DNA from: Flavobacterium sp.
GTDB taxonomy: Bacteria > Bacteroidota > Bacteroidia > Flavobacteriales > Flavobacteriaceae
DNA: 48,353 bases
Assembly (NCBI RefSeq): GCF_044361065.1
Contig: NZ_JBIKJI010000001.1
Coordinates: 1 to 48,353, forward strand
Direction of reading: 5' to 3'
A program made the translations under genes and the position numbers. Under the pieces are notes generated by a model, which was not told where the DNA came from, did not search any database, and saw only the letters and a program-made list of their open reading frames with translations. Positions 47,447-48,353 of the stretch are shown one piece after another. Positions within the stretch are counted from its first letter, which is position 1; each line of letters begins with the position of its first letter.

Positions 47447-48353
47447 TTATGCGTTTTGTTCTTTTAGTAATTCTTTAATTTTAACTTCTAACTCATCCAT
47501 TAATTCTGGATTGTCTTTTATTAATTGTTTTACAGAATCTCTTCCTTGTCCTAATTTGGTTTCACCATAACTAAACCAAGAACCACTTTTCTTAATAATT
47601 TCAAAATCTACAGCTAAGTCTAAAACTTCACCAACTTTAGAAACCCCTTCGCCATACATAATGTCAAATTCCGCAGTTCTAAAAGGCGGCGCTACTTTGT
47701 TTTTTACAATTTTCACTTTCGTTCTGTTTCCAATAACATTGTCGCCATCTTTAATTTGCGAAGAACGTCGGATATCAATTCTTATCGAAGCATAAAACTT
47801 CAATGCGTTTCCACCGGTTGTAGTTTCTGGACTTCCAAACATTACCCCAATTTTATCTCTCAACTGATTGATAAAAAACACGGTACATTTTGTTTTATGA
47901 ATGGTTCCTGTTAATTTTCTTAACGCTTGCGACATCAAACGGGCGTGTAATCCCATTTTACTATCACCCATATCGCCTTCAATTTCACTTTTTGGCGTCA
48001 ATGCGGCAACCGAGTCAATTACTACAATATCTACAGCACCTGAACGAATTAAACTTTCAGCAATTTCTAATGCTTGTTCTCCGTTATCAGGTTGAGAAAT
48101 AATTAAATTATCAATATCAATACCTAATTTTTCCGCATAAAAACGGTCAAAGGCGTGTTCTGCATCAATAAATGCGGCAATTCCTCCTGCTTTTTGTGCT
48201 TCTGCTATGGCGTGTAAGGTTAGGGTCGTTTTACCAGATGATTCTGGTCCGTAAATTTCGATAATTCTTCCTTTCGGATATCCATTTACACCCAATGCAA
48301 TGTCTACGCCTAAAGAACCTGACGAAATGGTTTCTACTTCTTCTACAGCAGAA
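47447..48353 (-). CDS. recA: Recombinase RecA (5' end lies beyond the window)
   Basis: [22 protein letters not shown] and [10 protein letters not shown]; frame stays open to the window edge ([21 protein letters not shown]). Confidence 0.98.
   Translation of the reverse strand, partial: SAVEEVETISSGSLGVDIALGVNGYPKGRIIEIYGPESSGKTTLTLHAIAEAQKAGGIAAFIDAEHAFDRFYAEKLGIDIDNLIISQPDNGEQALEIAESLIRSGAVDIVVIDSVAALTPKSEIEGDMGDSKMGLHARLMSQALRKLTGTIHKTKCTVFFINQLRDKIGVMFGSPETTTGGNALKFYASIRIDIRRSSQIKDGDNVIGNRTKVKIVKNKVAPPFRTAEFDIMYGEGVSKVGEVLDLAVDFEIIKKSGSWFSYGETKLGQGRDSVKQLIKDNPELMDELEVKIKELLKEQNA

Noticed and set aside
4939-48102. Other short overlapping ORFs in the track (e.g. 8491-9527, 20145-21186, 33324-33704, 37172-37573, 43842-44072, 45313-45582, 47890-48102)
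   Set aside because: They overlap confident genes on the opposite strand or in another frame and lack independent support.

Overview
This is an AT-rich chromosomal segment from a Flavobacteriaceae-type bacterium (Bacteroidota), judged from TAnnTTTG promoters and gene content. I see no prophage, IS, tRNA/rRNA or CRISPR array. It opens with a gene-free 737 bp stretch packed with TTAT(C/T)AACA DnaA-box-like 9-mers, a candidate oriC. Next come rpiB, an XRE/membrane regulator flanked by a decayed copy of the tex 5' end, tex, an outer-membrane barrel/GLPGLI pair, tatA, a GH3-family ligase and a hypothetical protein with nucleoside-phosphorylase motifs. A ~21.7 kb surface-glycan locus follows: wzz, rmlBACD, an unusual amino-sugar tailoring/transfer cassette, wzx/wzy, glycosyltransferases, an antisense 2OG-Fe(II) oxygenase, waaL, uxs and wcaJ. 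The rest is mostly housekeeping (purD, upp, GT9, PaaE-like reductase, thioesterase, HU-like/SPOR protein, dprA, trpS, plsC, partial recA), plus a PadR operon with three paralogous membrane proteins. Best candidates for undescribed biology: (1) the ATP-grasp/PhyH/methyltransferase/acetyltransferase/WecE + GT2 + GT-C glycosylation cassette; (2) the PadR + triplicated membrane-sensor operon; (3) an (ACTTTCG)x4 repeat inside rmlD that could phase-vary rhamnose synthesis; (4) the oriC candidate, whose 9-mer recurs as a tandem pair at the dprA promoter. All family assignments are by-eye motif recognition; no searches were run.
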